Shown piece after piece: positions 11,211 to 23,696 of a stretch of 46,177 nucleotides of DNA. Origin of the DNA: Vermamoeba vermiformis (Eukaryota); the NCBI GenBank assembly GCA_045837725.1, contig JBEWZL010000102.1, forward strand, positions 372,001 to 418,177. The letters run 5' to 3'. The notes beneath the pieces were generated by a model. The model made no database searches. It was not told where the DNA came from and saw only the letters and a program-made list of their open reading frames with translations. Both the position numbers and the translations under genes were made by a program. Each line of letters starts with the position of its first letter. Position 1 is the first letter of the stretch.

Positions 11211-11243
<33 letters not shown>
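11180..11243 (-). repeat. Poly(A)/A-rich tract (T31 at 11213-11243 on +)
   Basis: Homopolymer read directly from the sequence, with a degenerate T-rich continuation. Confidence 0.9.
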
Positions 11244-11244
<1 letters not shown>

Positions 11245-11472
11245 TCTAGGGTGCAGGTTGTGCACAAACTTTGAGAAGACATTAGCAGTGACCAAATACC
11301 GTATGAAATCGGTTGGTGCACCAAGTGTTTCAATTTCAATGACAAAAAAAATACGTGCATTTCGTGACCTAACTTGCTAAATTTACTTAACAAACTACAA
11401 ACTACAAGCTACAAGCTACAGCTAATAGCTAAGTATTGCATCAGTGCAGTGGTGTTCGAATCACAAAGCCCA

Positions 11473-14400
11473 TTAAATGTAAAACAACTTCGTAGCCAAG
11501 GTGTTGTCAGGTCTGCTTGGCAACATCGCAGCGGCAGCGAGCTTGGCCAACTTGTCAGCGTACTTCAACGGAGCGGGGCACGAAATAGGACCAGGCCAGT
11601 TGTAGTATAAGTGGCACAAGCTGTACGACAAGCGTTGCAAGTCCTTCATGTCAAAAGTCACCAGCTTCTTGTCGTCGGGCTCCTCGTGGTAGGCCAAGAT
11701 GTACTTCGGAGGTAGAACGGATTCTGAACACGTAGAATGTTAGCACTGATGCGCGTCACAGGTAAGAGCGACTTACTTTGTCCAGCATCGTGTGAGACCA
11801 AGTAGAACTCGCGCTGGCCGTTGCAAATGTGCTTCTCAACGAGGGTGCCAGGCTTGACGTTGGACACAACACCGTTCTCTTGTACGAACAAACGAGTGGT
11901 GCCACCACGACACACTAGCACGAACAACACTTCGGGCTGTGGTTGACCCTTGTACAGCTCAGCAACTGCATTCTTGACCTCTTTGACGTCATTGGTGTGC
12001 TAAGCTTAAGTTAGCGACAGTTCGTTAAAAGATAGTTGATTGTTTTAAAGACTTACCACGGCAACGAGCGAGCCCTCACTGGCACCGCTGCTGTAGAAGA
12101 CCAATCGGCCGGGCAACTTGTTGTTCTTCGTCTTGAAGGCAGCCAAGCCACGCTCAATGATGCTTTGCAACGACGGAATGCTGCCCGCGTTCTCACCCAC
12201 GTGATAGTTGAAGTACTCGGAGAATCGAGTCGGCTCTTTATCAACCGTGCACGTGACTGCAATCTTTGTCGTAGTTCTATAATTTAAGAGATTAGTAAGC
12301 CAGCCATATTGATAATTAAACAATACGTACGCTGTCTTTCTGTGGATCGATCGCTCAATGCCAAACACGCACGTGTGAAGCGCTGCCAACTTGTTGCCCA
12401 ACGGATCACCAAGTTCGACTACACCAGGAAATATATTAGTAATTCGTGCAATAAAAATTACGCGTGTTACGTACAAGTAGTGCTCCACAACACTGCACCG
12501 GCCTTGGTGAGCAGTTGCAAGCCAGCTTTCGTGACCTTGGACATGTCGGGACGGCCACCCTTGTTCAAGAATTTGCTGTCAACGAGTTAGTGATGCTGTC
12601 GCGGTGGTGGTCTAATTTGCAACTTACTCTCGCACAACAATTTGGCCAGGAACACCAGCGAGCAACAAGTCGCGCTTGACGGAGTTGTAAATGTTCACGT
12701 CGACACTTGCCAACACGACCAACACGACGGCTGGTTTGGGATTGGCCTTGCCAACTTGACTGATGTTTTTGTAGTTGTCAGTGACCCACTGAGGCTGTTC
12801 GATACCGTTCGGACACAATGGGCGCATCAACTTCACGAAAGTGTCGTAGAAGTTTCTGGCGTCACCCTCGAGCTGTTAATGACACGTGTCAGATCAAGGT
12901 TGGTGTGAAATGTCCTATTGTAGACTTACCGATCGATCAGTGACCCAGATCTGCCATGGGAACGTCGGCACGTTGAGCATCTTGTTGTTGGAATCATTGC
13001 GCAGCAAATGATCCCACAAGGGTTTCTCGGGTCGGTACTCTTGCGCGTGGAACTTGATCTTTTGAGGACGCAAGACGACAGCTTGAGGGTTGAAGAACTG
13101 ACTGTCCAACTGGACCGTTGAAAATTTGCTCGCTTTGGCCGTGGTTGCAAACTGCGTGATGAACTGTGAGAGCTGCTTGTGGCGGTCAACAGTTGAAGTC
13201 ACTGGCAAGCGTGTGTTCTTGAGTTCACTGGGGGGACTACAGTTCAAGTGTTAGTGCAACGGTCCTGCGAACACTAACGAGCTACTTACATTCCAGCGAT
13301 CTTGCAGAACTCGGGCACGAGGAAAATCGACTCCACACCTTGCTTTCGGCGCTGTGTCACTTCGAGCATGGGCTGGTTAACGGTCTAAAGTGGCACGTGT
13401 CAGATCAGATCCGATCCTCAATTGAAATATTTAAACGATATCGTTTTAGTACTTACGCGCAGTCGCAGACCATATCTAGTCTGATAGTAGTTGGCGTACG
13501 ATTGCTTCGTGCCATCTTTCAGCTCAAAGACGCTGTTTGGAGTCATGTCTCTGCGGACCTTGTCTACGATGTAATGGCGTCTATTGTGCTCGCAGTACAC
13601 CGACTGGCCCCGCATCTTGTCAGGGTCAGTGGTGTTGACGTAATGCAAGGCATTATCTGCCATAAGGAAAGTGAGTTAGTGCGTGGTAAATCTGTCATCG
13701 GAAAATTAAATTTCCTCCCAAACACGTGCTTTATCCTTATTTAGAAATAAAATCTTTACTACGTAATTTGATATATATTAAAGTTGTACTATAATTTATA
13801 AGCTTGATTTACCTCGTGCGATGGCGCGGTACTGAAAGTCGGTGTGCAAGTAGAGCTGCTTGTTGTGCAACACTACGACCTGTAATTATAGTCAGTTATA
13901 TTTGCAGACCATAAGACCGACGTACCGGATTAAAACCAGGCATAAACGAGACATTTCTGTCGTTTCCTTCGCTGGCATTGGCGTTGAAAAATCCTCGGCG
14001 ACCCATTGGTGTGAGACCCATGCCTTTCGTCAAGATCTAACAAAACAACGAAATTAGCTTGAGCATATTATAATAAGGTCCTATATAATGCAGTACTTAC
14101 GGGTTTTAAAAGAATGTTAATGATTTGGCAGATGAAAGCGCCCTCTGCAAATTTGAGCCAAAATTAGATCGTGCACTTTAGCGGATCTGGTTCGACTTAC
14201 CTTTACGCCAAACCATCTCGTATTCTTCGCCACCTGATTGCCTATACACGCGCTGCATGCCTTGCACGTCGGCTTCAAAATTGAACGCATCTGGGCCCGA
14301 GATTATGATTGAACAAACAGGTACTTCAGTCTCCACGCCATCCGTTTTGATTTTCTCCGTGAGCTCTAGCGGGGTCTTAAGATAGTTGGCGGGCAACGGG

Positions 14401-14955
14401 GCAAGTGTGAATAACGAGTTTCCCCACACAAAGCGCCTGCTCTTTTCCTTCTCTGTGATCTCTATAATAAAAATATATTGTTAGTAAGATCTTTAACTCT
14501 TTAAGGAACTTACTCATCGCGATAAAAGCAAGACGGAATATTCTTCGGACTTGCATGGGCTCCGTGATGATTTTACCATCCTATATTAATTTAATCTAAA
14601 ATTAGTAACTTGATCAGATCAAAATTTGATCAAAGATTGGCATCTTTTGAAACAGCATCATGCTTTTTATCGTTATTATATTTATAATATTAATATACGA
14701 TATTCGACGAGAAAAAACAAAGATATTTAGTGAAGTAAATAAAAAAAGCAGATTTGTAATGTGAAAAATTATTATGAAAGTTAAACGTACCGCAAATTCA
14801 AAATGGTACTTGTAGAGCGTTTGGTTCGTGAGGAGCGTCAAGGGCCAGTAGTTGGCTCGCACGTTCGCCGCCGGCATCTCAAGTTTAAACGCCGTGGTGT
14901 TTTGGCGCTTTGGATCGCGGTTGTCGATGCCCTCCGTCTTCCTTTTGAGATCCAT
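11473..14955 (-). CDS. PIWI-clade Argonaute (N-PAZ-MID-PIWI), about 15 exons, predicted non-slicing
   Basis: N-terminal VRANYWPL; PAZ (DMTPNSVFELKDGTKQSYANYYQTRYGL..QPML..IFLVPEFC); MID YNSVK..VPGQ..SKVTK..QLLTKAG; PIWI PGTLVE..REFYLVSH, LQRLSYSLCHLYYNWPGPISCPAPLKYADKLA; C-terminal KLFYI. Confidence 0.95.
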
Positions 14956-15829
14956 TGTTGAGTTGATGAAAAATAATTAAAATGAACACTCGTGGTCGTG
15001 GCCTCTTTAGTACAGAATAAATAATTCTGTCGCGAAATTGACCACCAAAATTTAAATTTTTGCCTACCAAAACCGCGGTAAACTAGCAAAATCTCCCTGG
15101 GTAATACTAGTACGATTCACTCGTAGATAATACATTAATTGCATTGTTACAATGGCTTTTTGTCCTCAGATGATCTGAGATCGAAATCAAAAACGCGTAG
15201 ATGCGTTGCATTAATTACTACGTGGTAAGATAAAAATAAGCTACAATGACTTATTACTGCGGGAACAATTATTATTTAACTTCGCCGCTTTTTTGTAAGT
15301 CTGTTAGCTCGACTAGCGTGAGGGTATAAACGGATGCTATTCCGATTTATTTAGGAGTTACTGATGGCTCTTCAACGCAACAATATTGTGATAACAAATA
15401 TTTGGCAGTCCTTATTGCGCCTGAGTTGATAGTCGAATCAGTTCGTTTAGTAAGTCTTTCAATTGAACTTCTGTTGATTACTCGTAACAAATAAGCAAAT
15501 ATCTTTCGCTTTTTAAGGGATCTAATCGGATTTTGCTTCTGTTAAAGTAAAATTCGTCCGCGCCCGCATACGTGTTTGCAAACAACTACGAGCGATTAGC
15601 CTTCATAGAGCGGGCTAGTAGATCTCCATAGCGTGTTATATTACACATTTTTGAAGTTTGAAGGATGCTACCATTCGGATCTTGACGCTTCCTTTGCTTC
15701 CAGAATTTTTCAAGTCCTAATAAGGAAATGTTTAATTAACTGCCACAGACTATAAAATATATCGTACTTTAATATACTATCATAGTAACTGCTTTTTTTA
15801 GTGAAAGCAACGCAATAGAACAAGAAAAA

Positions 15830-17021
15830 ATGTTGCACCAAGCCTTGCGCAAGATCGACCGAGTTATTAAGCCCACAACCATGTTCGACGGTAAGTAGAG
15901 TGCGATTAATATCAACACGAGAGTTGGTAATAATAGTTTACTACAGGAGCCTTTACGTTAAAAAGTACTATTGGCGGATCGAAACTCAAGTACTACGATC
16001 CGTTTTTATTGTTTGACGAATTCAAATCCGAATCAGTAAGCGGACGAAAATGACACTAATAAATATACACGAATACTAACAGCTTATTTATATTAGAATA
16101 AAGACATGGGAGGTTTCCCTGATCATCCTCATCGTGGATTTGAAACAGTGTCGTACATGTTAGCAGGCAGTTCCGAGCACAGAGATACAAAAGGCAATCA
16201 CGGCATACTTAAGGCTGGTGCCGTGCAATGGATGACTGCTGGCCGCGGTATAGTCCACTCAGAAATGCCAAAGCATGAAGACGGCTTGATCTGGGGCTTT
16301 CAAATGGTACGCACTTGACTAAACATCATTATAATATACATACTATCGAATATATACGCATATTAGTATCGAGGTGAGTGATTTTGATCAATACTAACGA
16401 GAATTCAATTTCAGTGGGTGAACTTGCCTAAAAAGGATAAAATGTCCGAGCCGAGGTACCAAGACATTCAAGCGGAGAATATACCCGTTGTAAAGCTTCA
16501 AGACGGCGTGACAATCAAAGTTATTGCTGGAGAAGTCAACGGCGTGAAAGGCGCTGTCACGCAAGTTGCGACCAAGCCTACGTACTTAGATATTCAAATG
16601 CCGCCCAATGCCAAGTTCAATCACGCAGTGCCTGCCGACTACAACGCATTTGCATATATATTTCAAGGCGAGGCTACGTTCTTGTCTGGCACAGATGTCA
16701 AACAAACCTATGAGGCCAGCAACATGATCCGTAAGTCCCGATTGACAAAACTGACCTTTAAGAACGCTTAATTGATATTAATACATTAATGTAGTATATG
16801 AACGAGGTAACGAAGTCGTTAGCATCGAAACTCAAGACCAAGCAGCGCGTGTGATCTTGGTGTCGGGACAAGTTATCGATGAACCCGTAAGTATCATTCA
16901 AATTATAAGCAAAATATAGGCTAATATATTGCATTAGATGGTCTCTTCAGGTCCCTTCGTTATGAATACCCGCGAAGAACTCGCGCAAGCCTACAACGAC
17001 TTCCGATCAGGCGACTTCTAA
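15830..17021 (+). CDS. PIR: Pirin family cupin protein (6 exons)
   Basis: [77 protein letters not shown]. Confidence 0.95.
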
Positions 17022-17197
17022 CATCAACGAATGAATTCAAGAGCGACTCATTTGTTTATAGTATGTAGTTAACATAAATCCTATTTTTACGGCTGTAGGT
17101 CATTATTTTGAATTCATTCTGGTGAACCGATTCACTAAAAAACTTCGCGAACAAATTTCATTTTATCCGAGATTAATACAAGCAGCATACAACATAG

Positions 17198-18741
17198 ATG
17201 GATTTTTTTGCAGGAGGCTCTACTCACGCTCCTAAACCGGGGGTTGTCTTAAGCGAGGATGAGATCAAAAAGAGAGCACTGGAGGTAAATTGAATCCGTT
17301 GAATTAATTACTGCATAAACCATGCATTATAATATTTATTGGTCGCTCGCAAGGATTACACTGATTGATTTGATTTTTTTTAATTTACTGAATTTTTTTG
17401 AAGGATCACTCAAGACTACTCCAACAATGCAACTATAGATTACGAGCCTACACAAATACTTTTCAATTTCTATCATGGAAAGACTATAATTATTGGCTCA
17501 ATATCTCAACGGTCAGTAAATTTCAAATCCGAAAGCTTGAAGACCAACCATGCTATCTTTAGAACACTCGCACCTTGAAATTTGTTACCTACAATATCTG
17601 GTTCGCCGATTTTCATTGTCAAGTACGGTGGCAAGGCTTGGCCAATTTAGTTCGAGATCAGGATCCCGACTTTATTTGTTTTCAAGAAGGTAAAGCAATT
17701 TAAATATACAGAATATACCATTTGTATAATTATTAGTATTGTATTTAATCTTAATTTTCGATTACAGTGACGAGACCGTTCCTCGAAGTACTCGTGGCTC
17801 AGCCTTGGGTGCGCGAGAAATACATAACTTCGGATGCTATGGGCAACACTTTTCAATGTAAGAAATATATATAGGTCCCGCCTACATCTAAAAAATCGGT
17901 ATACTAATATCTTCTGACGTAGCATATGGCGTAGTCATTCTTTCAAAGTACCCGTGTCGCAAGTTTGAACTTCACCCGTTCCCTTCAATTATGGGCCGCT
18001 CGCTGTTGATTGGTCATTTTTATATTAATGGAGAGGACGTAAGCATAACTTGAACTATATTAAGAACCGAATTGAACAGTTATTGTTTCGATCGGGATGT
18101 GACCTTGCAATCCGGACTTGGGCCATACCTTCGATAACTTATTAATAGTTACTTCTTATAGGTAGCGGTAGCCACGTCACATCTTGAAAGTCTCGAGAAC
18201 GGTCATTTTAGAAGGTCTCAATTGATCATCACTGAAGAGCTGTTGCGACAGTACCCCAACGCGTTCTTCATGGGAGATTTCAATTTTGACGCCACGAGCA
18301 ATTACAACGACCCAAAGCAGACTCATTTGGAGAATAACAACTTAATGTATTGGATGCCTGAGTATATCGATACGTGGCAATGTATGCATCCGGAACTCAA
18401 AGGATATACTTTTGATACCGATAATAATGCTATGATTGCTAATAATAGCAAGGAAATTACCCGGTAAGCACTACGATAAGTATAATCATACAATTTTCGT
18501 CATCAAATTTAGGTTTATTTTCAGTACGCGATCCAAATGAAACTTGTTAATTTCTTCTTTTCGACAATCGTACTCGCATTAACTATTAGTCATTAGGTAC
18601 GATAGGATAATGTTCAAATCGAAGAAATGGACGCCAACATCAATCCAGATCATAGGCGACAAGGAAATTACGCGAATAGGCAAGCATCCAATTTTGCCGA
18701 GCGATCACTACGGCCTGGTCGCGCAATTTCAATACAAGTAG
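17198..18741 (+). CDS. TDP2: TDP2-like endonuclease/exonuclease/phosphatase (EEP) protein
   Basis: Spliced motifs VTYNIWF, PDFICFQEV, MGRSLL, ATSHLES, FMGDFN, YTFDT, RYDRI and PSDHYGL occur in the expected order. Confidence 0.8.
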
Positions 18742-18870
18742 GCCATTGGTAAATACAAATTGTCTGGCTCTGGGCATAAATAATTTTCAGATCCGGTACA
18801 AAGTCTGGATTTGGACTATTTATAAATAACTATCAGACGCTGCTATCGAAACGAATTTCATCTTATTTAT

Positions 18871-19837
18871 TTACAAATTTAACACATCCAGATTTACTGA
18901 TTTGATCGCTCGATTGGTTCTCGGACTCGTATCGTGTTGTCGTTCTTTCATCATTTCTTCTTCAGCGCACATGTCGCAATTGAAAAGACCGCATTTGGAA
19001 GGGCCATGAAATGATTGATGTTTGGGCTTGCCGTGTTTGTGGCGCTGTACAATAACGAGCACTTCAGGTTTCTCCTTCGATTCATTCTTTTCTCGATCCG
19101 AATCTGAATCTGATTCTGACGACGATGAATCTCGCGATCGAGATTTATTTTTTCGTCCTTTTTGCGTATTAGTACTATCACCATCTGAGCTGTAGCCTTT
19201 AACTCCTCTCTTGCCCTTCTTTCGTTTTTGTTTGACGAAGAAGCCTTTCCTGTTAGTTCCAGTTATGATTTCGGGCTCCTCTTCGTTGTGTTCGTGGCTA
19301 TGGTCATTTTTGTTAGTACCGTAGACTTGTCTGTAGAATTCTCCTTGGTGATTCGCTTTGTAATACACGTTGTTGAAGTCCAGATCCGCCACACGACAAT
19401 AGTTCACGTCAATATCTAATAATTATAACGTTAAACCCACGGAGTCATTGCAATAGCCTTATAGCGTTGAACAGATCTTGAATTTCAATTTCAAATTTTC
19501 GATTTTTTGTAGTTCGGATTTAAAGGATTATCCTTGTTGTTAATTATTTGTGGATGTATATTGACTTACCATCTCGTGAAGACCTTAAATGATTTTTATC
19601 TAATATTTCCCAATTTTTGTGGGCATTCAAACTGATCCCCACCCCAATATCCAAGCGAGGCCTCCAAGTATACGTAGTCGGAGTATCATTGGAATCAACA
19701 ATTGCAATCGTTTCATTTTGCTTTCGTAGCACGCTGCGGTCAAACTTGAGTGTCTTATTTGTTTTGACACCAAATCTGCCTTTTGTTTCTCGTGAATTGT
19801 TTTGTTTGCGATGTAAATCTATTTCTTCGTGCTCCAT
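18871..19837 (-). CDS. Orphan family protein copy 2 (about 270 aa; exons 19837-19570 and 19415-18871)
   Basis: N-terminal 33 aa identical to copy 1; same phase-1 intron; GTNRKGFFVKQKRKKGKRGVKGY; C-terminal CGLFNCDMC. Confidence 0.85.
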
Positions 19838-19980
19838 GGATACGATTAGTGCTCTTCTCTATTTGAGAATTCGAAACTAATAGTTCCGTCCTTTATTTAC
19901 ACAACAACAAAAATTTGTGGAGGGAGCCACAAAATCTGCTAGAAAAAACGTAAATATCCAAAGTACAATCGATGCAAATT

Positions 19981-21438
19981 CTATTCCATAGGAACTTCAA
20001 CACCGGTCAAGGATTTCTTTCGTCGTTGTTGCTGGTACTTTCTAACGCCAAAGAAAACTCCCAAAAATATTCCTACAGCACCAACGACTGAGAACACAAC
20101 AGCAAGTATTGTTGCCAGCTTCGAGTAAGACTTTGATTCGGCATTCCAATCATTATGGCATTCTTCATAGACGGTGTTGGATCCTGCGAAGAAACTGACT
20201 TGGTCGAGATCCATAGTTACGACAACATTTTCAGGGTAGAATCGATGCAGACAGCTGGATGAATATGGCGAACTGATAGGCACTCCCGAGTACTCTGGAT
20301 TGATATCAATTTCAAAGTGTAGGCGTGGCAGTATACAGCCCACTTGGTGGTAGATTGTGATGTTTCGGCTCGGGGCTAAATGCACAGTGACGCCAGTATT
20401 ATCTGTTGACTTCAAGCATCCAGTGATATTCAAGCTTGACGCTATCCACATGCTGCTCGTTTTAACGTCACCAAGTACTACTAAAGGTGCTGCTGTCTTC
20501 ACGATGGGATTGACAAGATCATTCGGGTAAGTCCAAGTCGCAGATCCGTCACCTCTAGGCATGCAATGCGCACCATCAATGGACGTTAGCTCGCACCCTG
20601 TGCATTTTTAATGTGAGTTCAATGATGAACTTGAAGTGTAAGTACATACCAGTCGCGCACAGTTGATAGTTGTAAATGACTTTTACAGGACTATAGTAAG
20701 AACTAGAAACGAATCTAATGTCTCGTATTAGCAGGCTTTGTGTCGTGGCATTATTAGCAATCGGTGTGCTAGTGGCACACGTCAAGCCAACCCGAATATA
20801 TCTACAAGTGTCAAAATGTCAAAATGATAATTGCGATTACTGTCAAACGTTAGGTACCTAGTCGATCCATCAAAAGTAGCGTTATTTAAGTGAAATTTTC
20901 TCGTGTACCATTGGTTCAATGCGAACTTGCTTGTCTCCTGAGATTTCATTCGATTAGATTCGATTGTGCGGAATAACTTCAAGTTATTTCAAAGCTTTGA
21001 AATGTGACAATACGAATTATGCCATATGATTCGACATTGACGTACCTCTAAAGGATCATTAGACAAACCATTTTGATCGGTCAAGTTTCGTGGTTCCCCG
21101 GCAATGAGACTGACCACGCAATGCGAGTCCACATCCGTCGCCATCATAGTATACTCGAATGTGTGTTGATACTGCTCTTCCATATAATGAAGTTTGTTAA
21201 AGTACACGCTCGAAGACGAGGTACCTGTCGCATCTGAATTTATACAACTTTCTAACAATGCAGAGACGGTCATATAATTTTCAGTGAAAGAATACTGCAA
21301 ATGCGGTGCATTTTCGCAAGTGGTAATATGTATATCTGCATCTGGTGCGCCTTCGATCCGAACACAAGTCCCTGCCGTACTCCATCGAACCAAACATGCA
21401 ATGATTAGCATAAGCCAGGCTGATTTCTTGATGATCAT
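19981..21438 (-). CDS. Type I membrane protein of unknown function (4 exons)
   Basis: Signal peptide MIIKKSAWLMLIIACLVRWSTA; three GT-AG introns join the four ORF pieces in frame; TM helix LATILAVVFSVVGAVGIFLGVFFGV followed by basic RKYQQQRRKK. Confidence 0.8.
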
Positions 21439-21715
21439 ATTTGTGGTATTGCAACGTCGTTTAAATTGAAAACAACAAAGAAAAATTTGTCGGCAGAGTA
21501 CACGCACCCCAAAAAATCAAACGATTTTTCCAAATTGGGGCAATCTGAAGAACGATTTGACAGCAATTTCGATTTGTTACATAGGCGTAATGAAAAATGG
21601 AGATTTCCTAGAATTGTAATTAGGCAACATAATGAAATTAGTAGGGATCCGCAGCGATGTTCGGTTCAAAGAAACTAATTCATTAAATTATACAAAAAAT
21701 GGTTATATTTTCCGC

Positions 21716-23295
21716 TTACGCTCCATTAGTAATTAATATAGGCTCATGTTCGTTCTTAAACGCGTTGTACTCTTCTTCACTGAACGTACGAGTACCGCAA
21801 CAGCGCGCTTCATTTTTCAACGCTTGGAAGAAATTTCGCGAAGGATAAACAATGGCATCGAAGAAGCCCTAAATTATCATTGTTAATAATAATGATATTA
21901 TAGATGTGACCACGTACTTCTAATGGCAGAAAAGTCACTTGTAGAATGTACAAAACATAAATCGGCGACTCCGGCGCGAACAGGTTTTGGAACCTATTGA
22001 TCAATGCTATATTGCGACAATTAGGACGGTTTCGGTACGCATTTGTAAGTAGATGCCAACTACACGATTAATATAAAATACTATCAAATTTGACGCTAAA
22101 GAAAATACAAGAAGTGATCGAAAGGGACCTGGATCCGTGGGTGGAAATTTCAAAAAAAAGCTTTCGAACAAATAAATTTAGTGACAGCACGTACCTGGCA
22201 TATTCGACACGATCGAAACGAGCAAAAACAAGCTTAATCTGAATGCAGTTCGTTTCCATAAGAATGACAACAAGCGGCTGACTTGTTTCATGACCGTAAT
22301 GTACAACACGATCGTGAATATCCACATGATGATCAACGGTATATAATACATTGTTAATCGAAGAATTGGCCGGTCCATTGTGATCCAACACCTAGAAAAC
22401 ATAACGTGTCAAACTACTTTTGTGACACGTGTCAACAAGATCTGCACTCACCACGCAATTTCTGCGCCGGGATTGGCTTGCCCAAATGCACCGTCAAGGA
22501 ATAAAATAAATACAGGCACTAATGGCACCCCAAAACCTAAGCCAATAAAGACTTTGATAGCTTTCTTCAGGGCCTCTTCTTGCCACATTTTATAGACACC
22601 CTTAATAGACGTAAGCCTGTATTGATATATAATAGATCTTAGGTCTTACCAAGTATAAATATGTCGCTATTGAAGCGGCCCATAAGCTCGCTGAAACGTC
22701 AAAATACTGAATGAAACCAGCCTGTCCGAACGAAAATTAAGCACGGAGAATCTTTCGTATTTAGAGATTTTAATAGTGTTACCTGTACATAACAAAGGTG
22801 TTGTTTTTGATGCGGTTGTAATGTTGGATATAATCCGCTTAAGACCCCAGATATGGCTTTTCCAAAATTAGCAACGCTTCGAAAAACAAGACGTAAATAA
22901 ATATTTTAACGATTCTATGCTGTTTAAATAATAAATAAAAATACAGGAAATGCTGCTATTGAGGTTAGTTACTAAAAGGGAATTGGCGTTGCAAAAAAAA
23001 TGGGATCTAAAATCGTTTTTGATTTTAACTACTTACCACAAGTAAATTATAAGCGAGCGATGATATGATTGTAAACTCTTAACACAAAGGTACGTTGATA
23101 TAACGAATACGCTTCCAACAATGCCAAAACAGCTTGCAATGACAGATGCCAATCTGCGCCAATAAAATTAAATCAGTCAGGCCGATGTAATTGCAGTCGT
23201 GATAGCTGAAAAATATTTCGTGTATTACATCGTTGAGTACTGATGACGCACCTTATGGCGTGGATTTGGTCTTCGTCAAATGGAAATTCGCTCAT
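21716..23295 (-). CDS. 7-TM GPCR, cAMP-receptor-like (class E / GCR1-like)
   Basis: Spliced product has GIVGSVFVISTY, LCYVQAGFIQYFDVSASLWAASIA, WCWI, YYIPL, ALINRFQ, FLPLEGFFDAIVY. The last stop is uncertain because it overlaps a possible GTAAGC donor. Confidence 0.85.
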
Positions 23296-23696
23296 GTTAG
23301 TATCAACAACTCATCGCTATGTATATATTTATCGTTAGTCTGCCAGTTGTAGTGTAATCCAGAAGAGTTTGCTTGAAATGTGTCAGCGCAAATAGAAAAT
23401 ACGAAAATTGATGATTAGTGGACGTCAACTCTTGCCGAACCAACACGGGTAATATTAATTCTTCATCTTAACTAGTATGGCGTTGAGGGAACCAACTGGA
23501 ACTGCGATAAAGATCTTTCTGGTCTCGGAATCCATAAAAGGAAACAGAATCAATTCGTATAACGAAAAATACATCAGTTTTGCGAGTATTCCACATCATA
23601 TTTTAGTTCGTGCGACCACGGCTCTATATTTTGTATATTCCGTGGCTTGACACTATCACAGAAGAACATTGACACGGATTTGCATTCCCGAGCAAG

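Noticed and set aside
11148-11393. Poly-Lys and poly-Phe ORFs
   Set aside because: Products of the homopolymer tract.
19981-21507. Apparent frameshifted pseudogene (four consecutive ORFs)
   Set aside because: Three canonical GT-AG introns join the pieces in frame.
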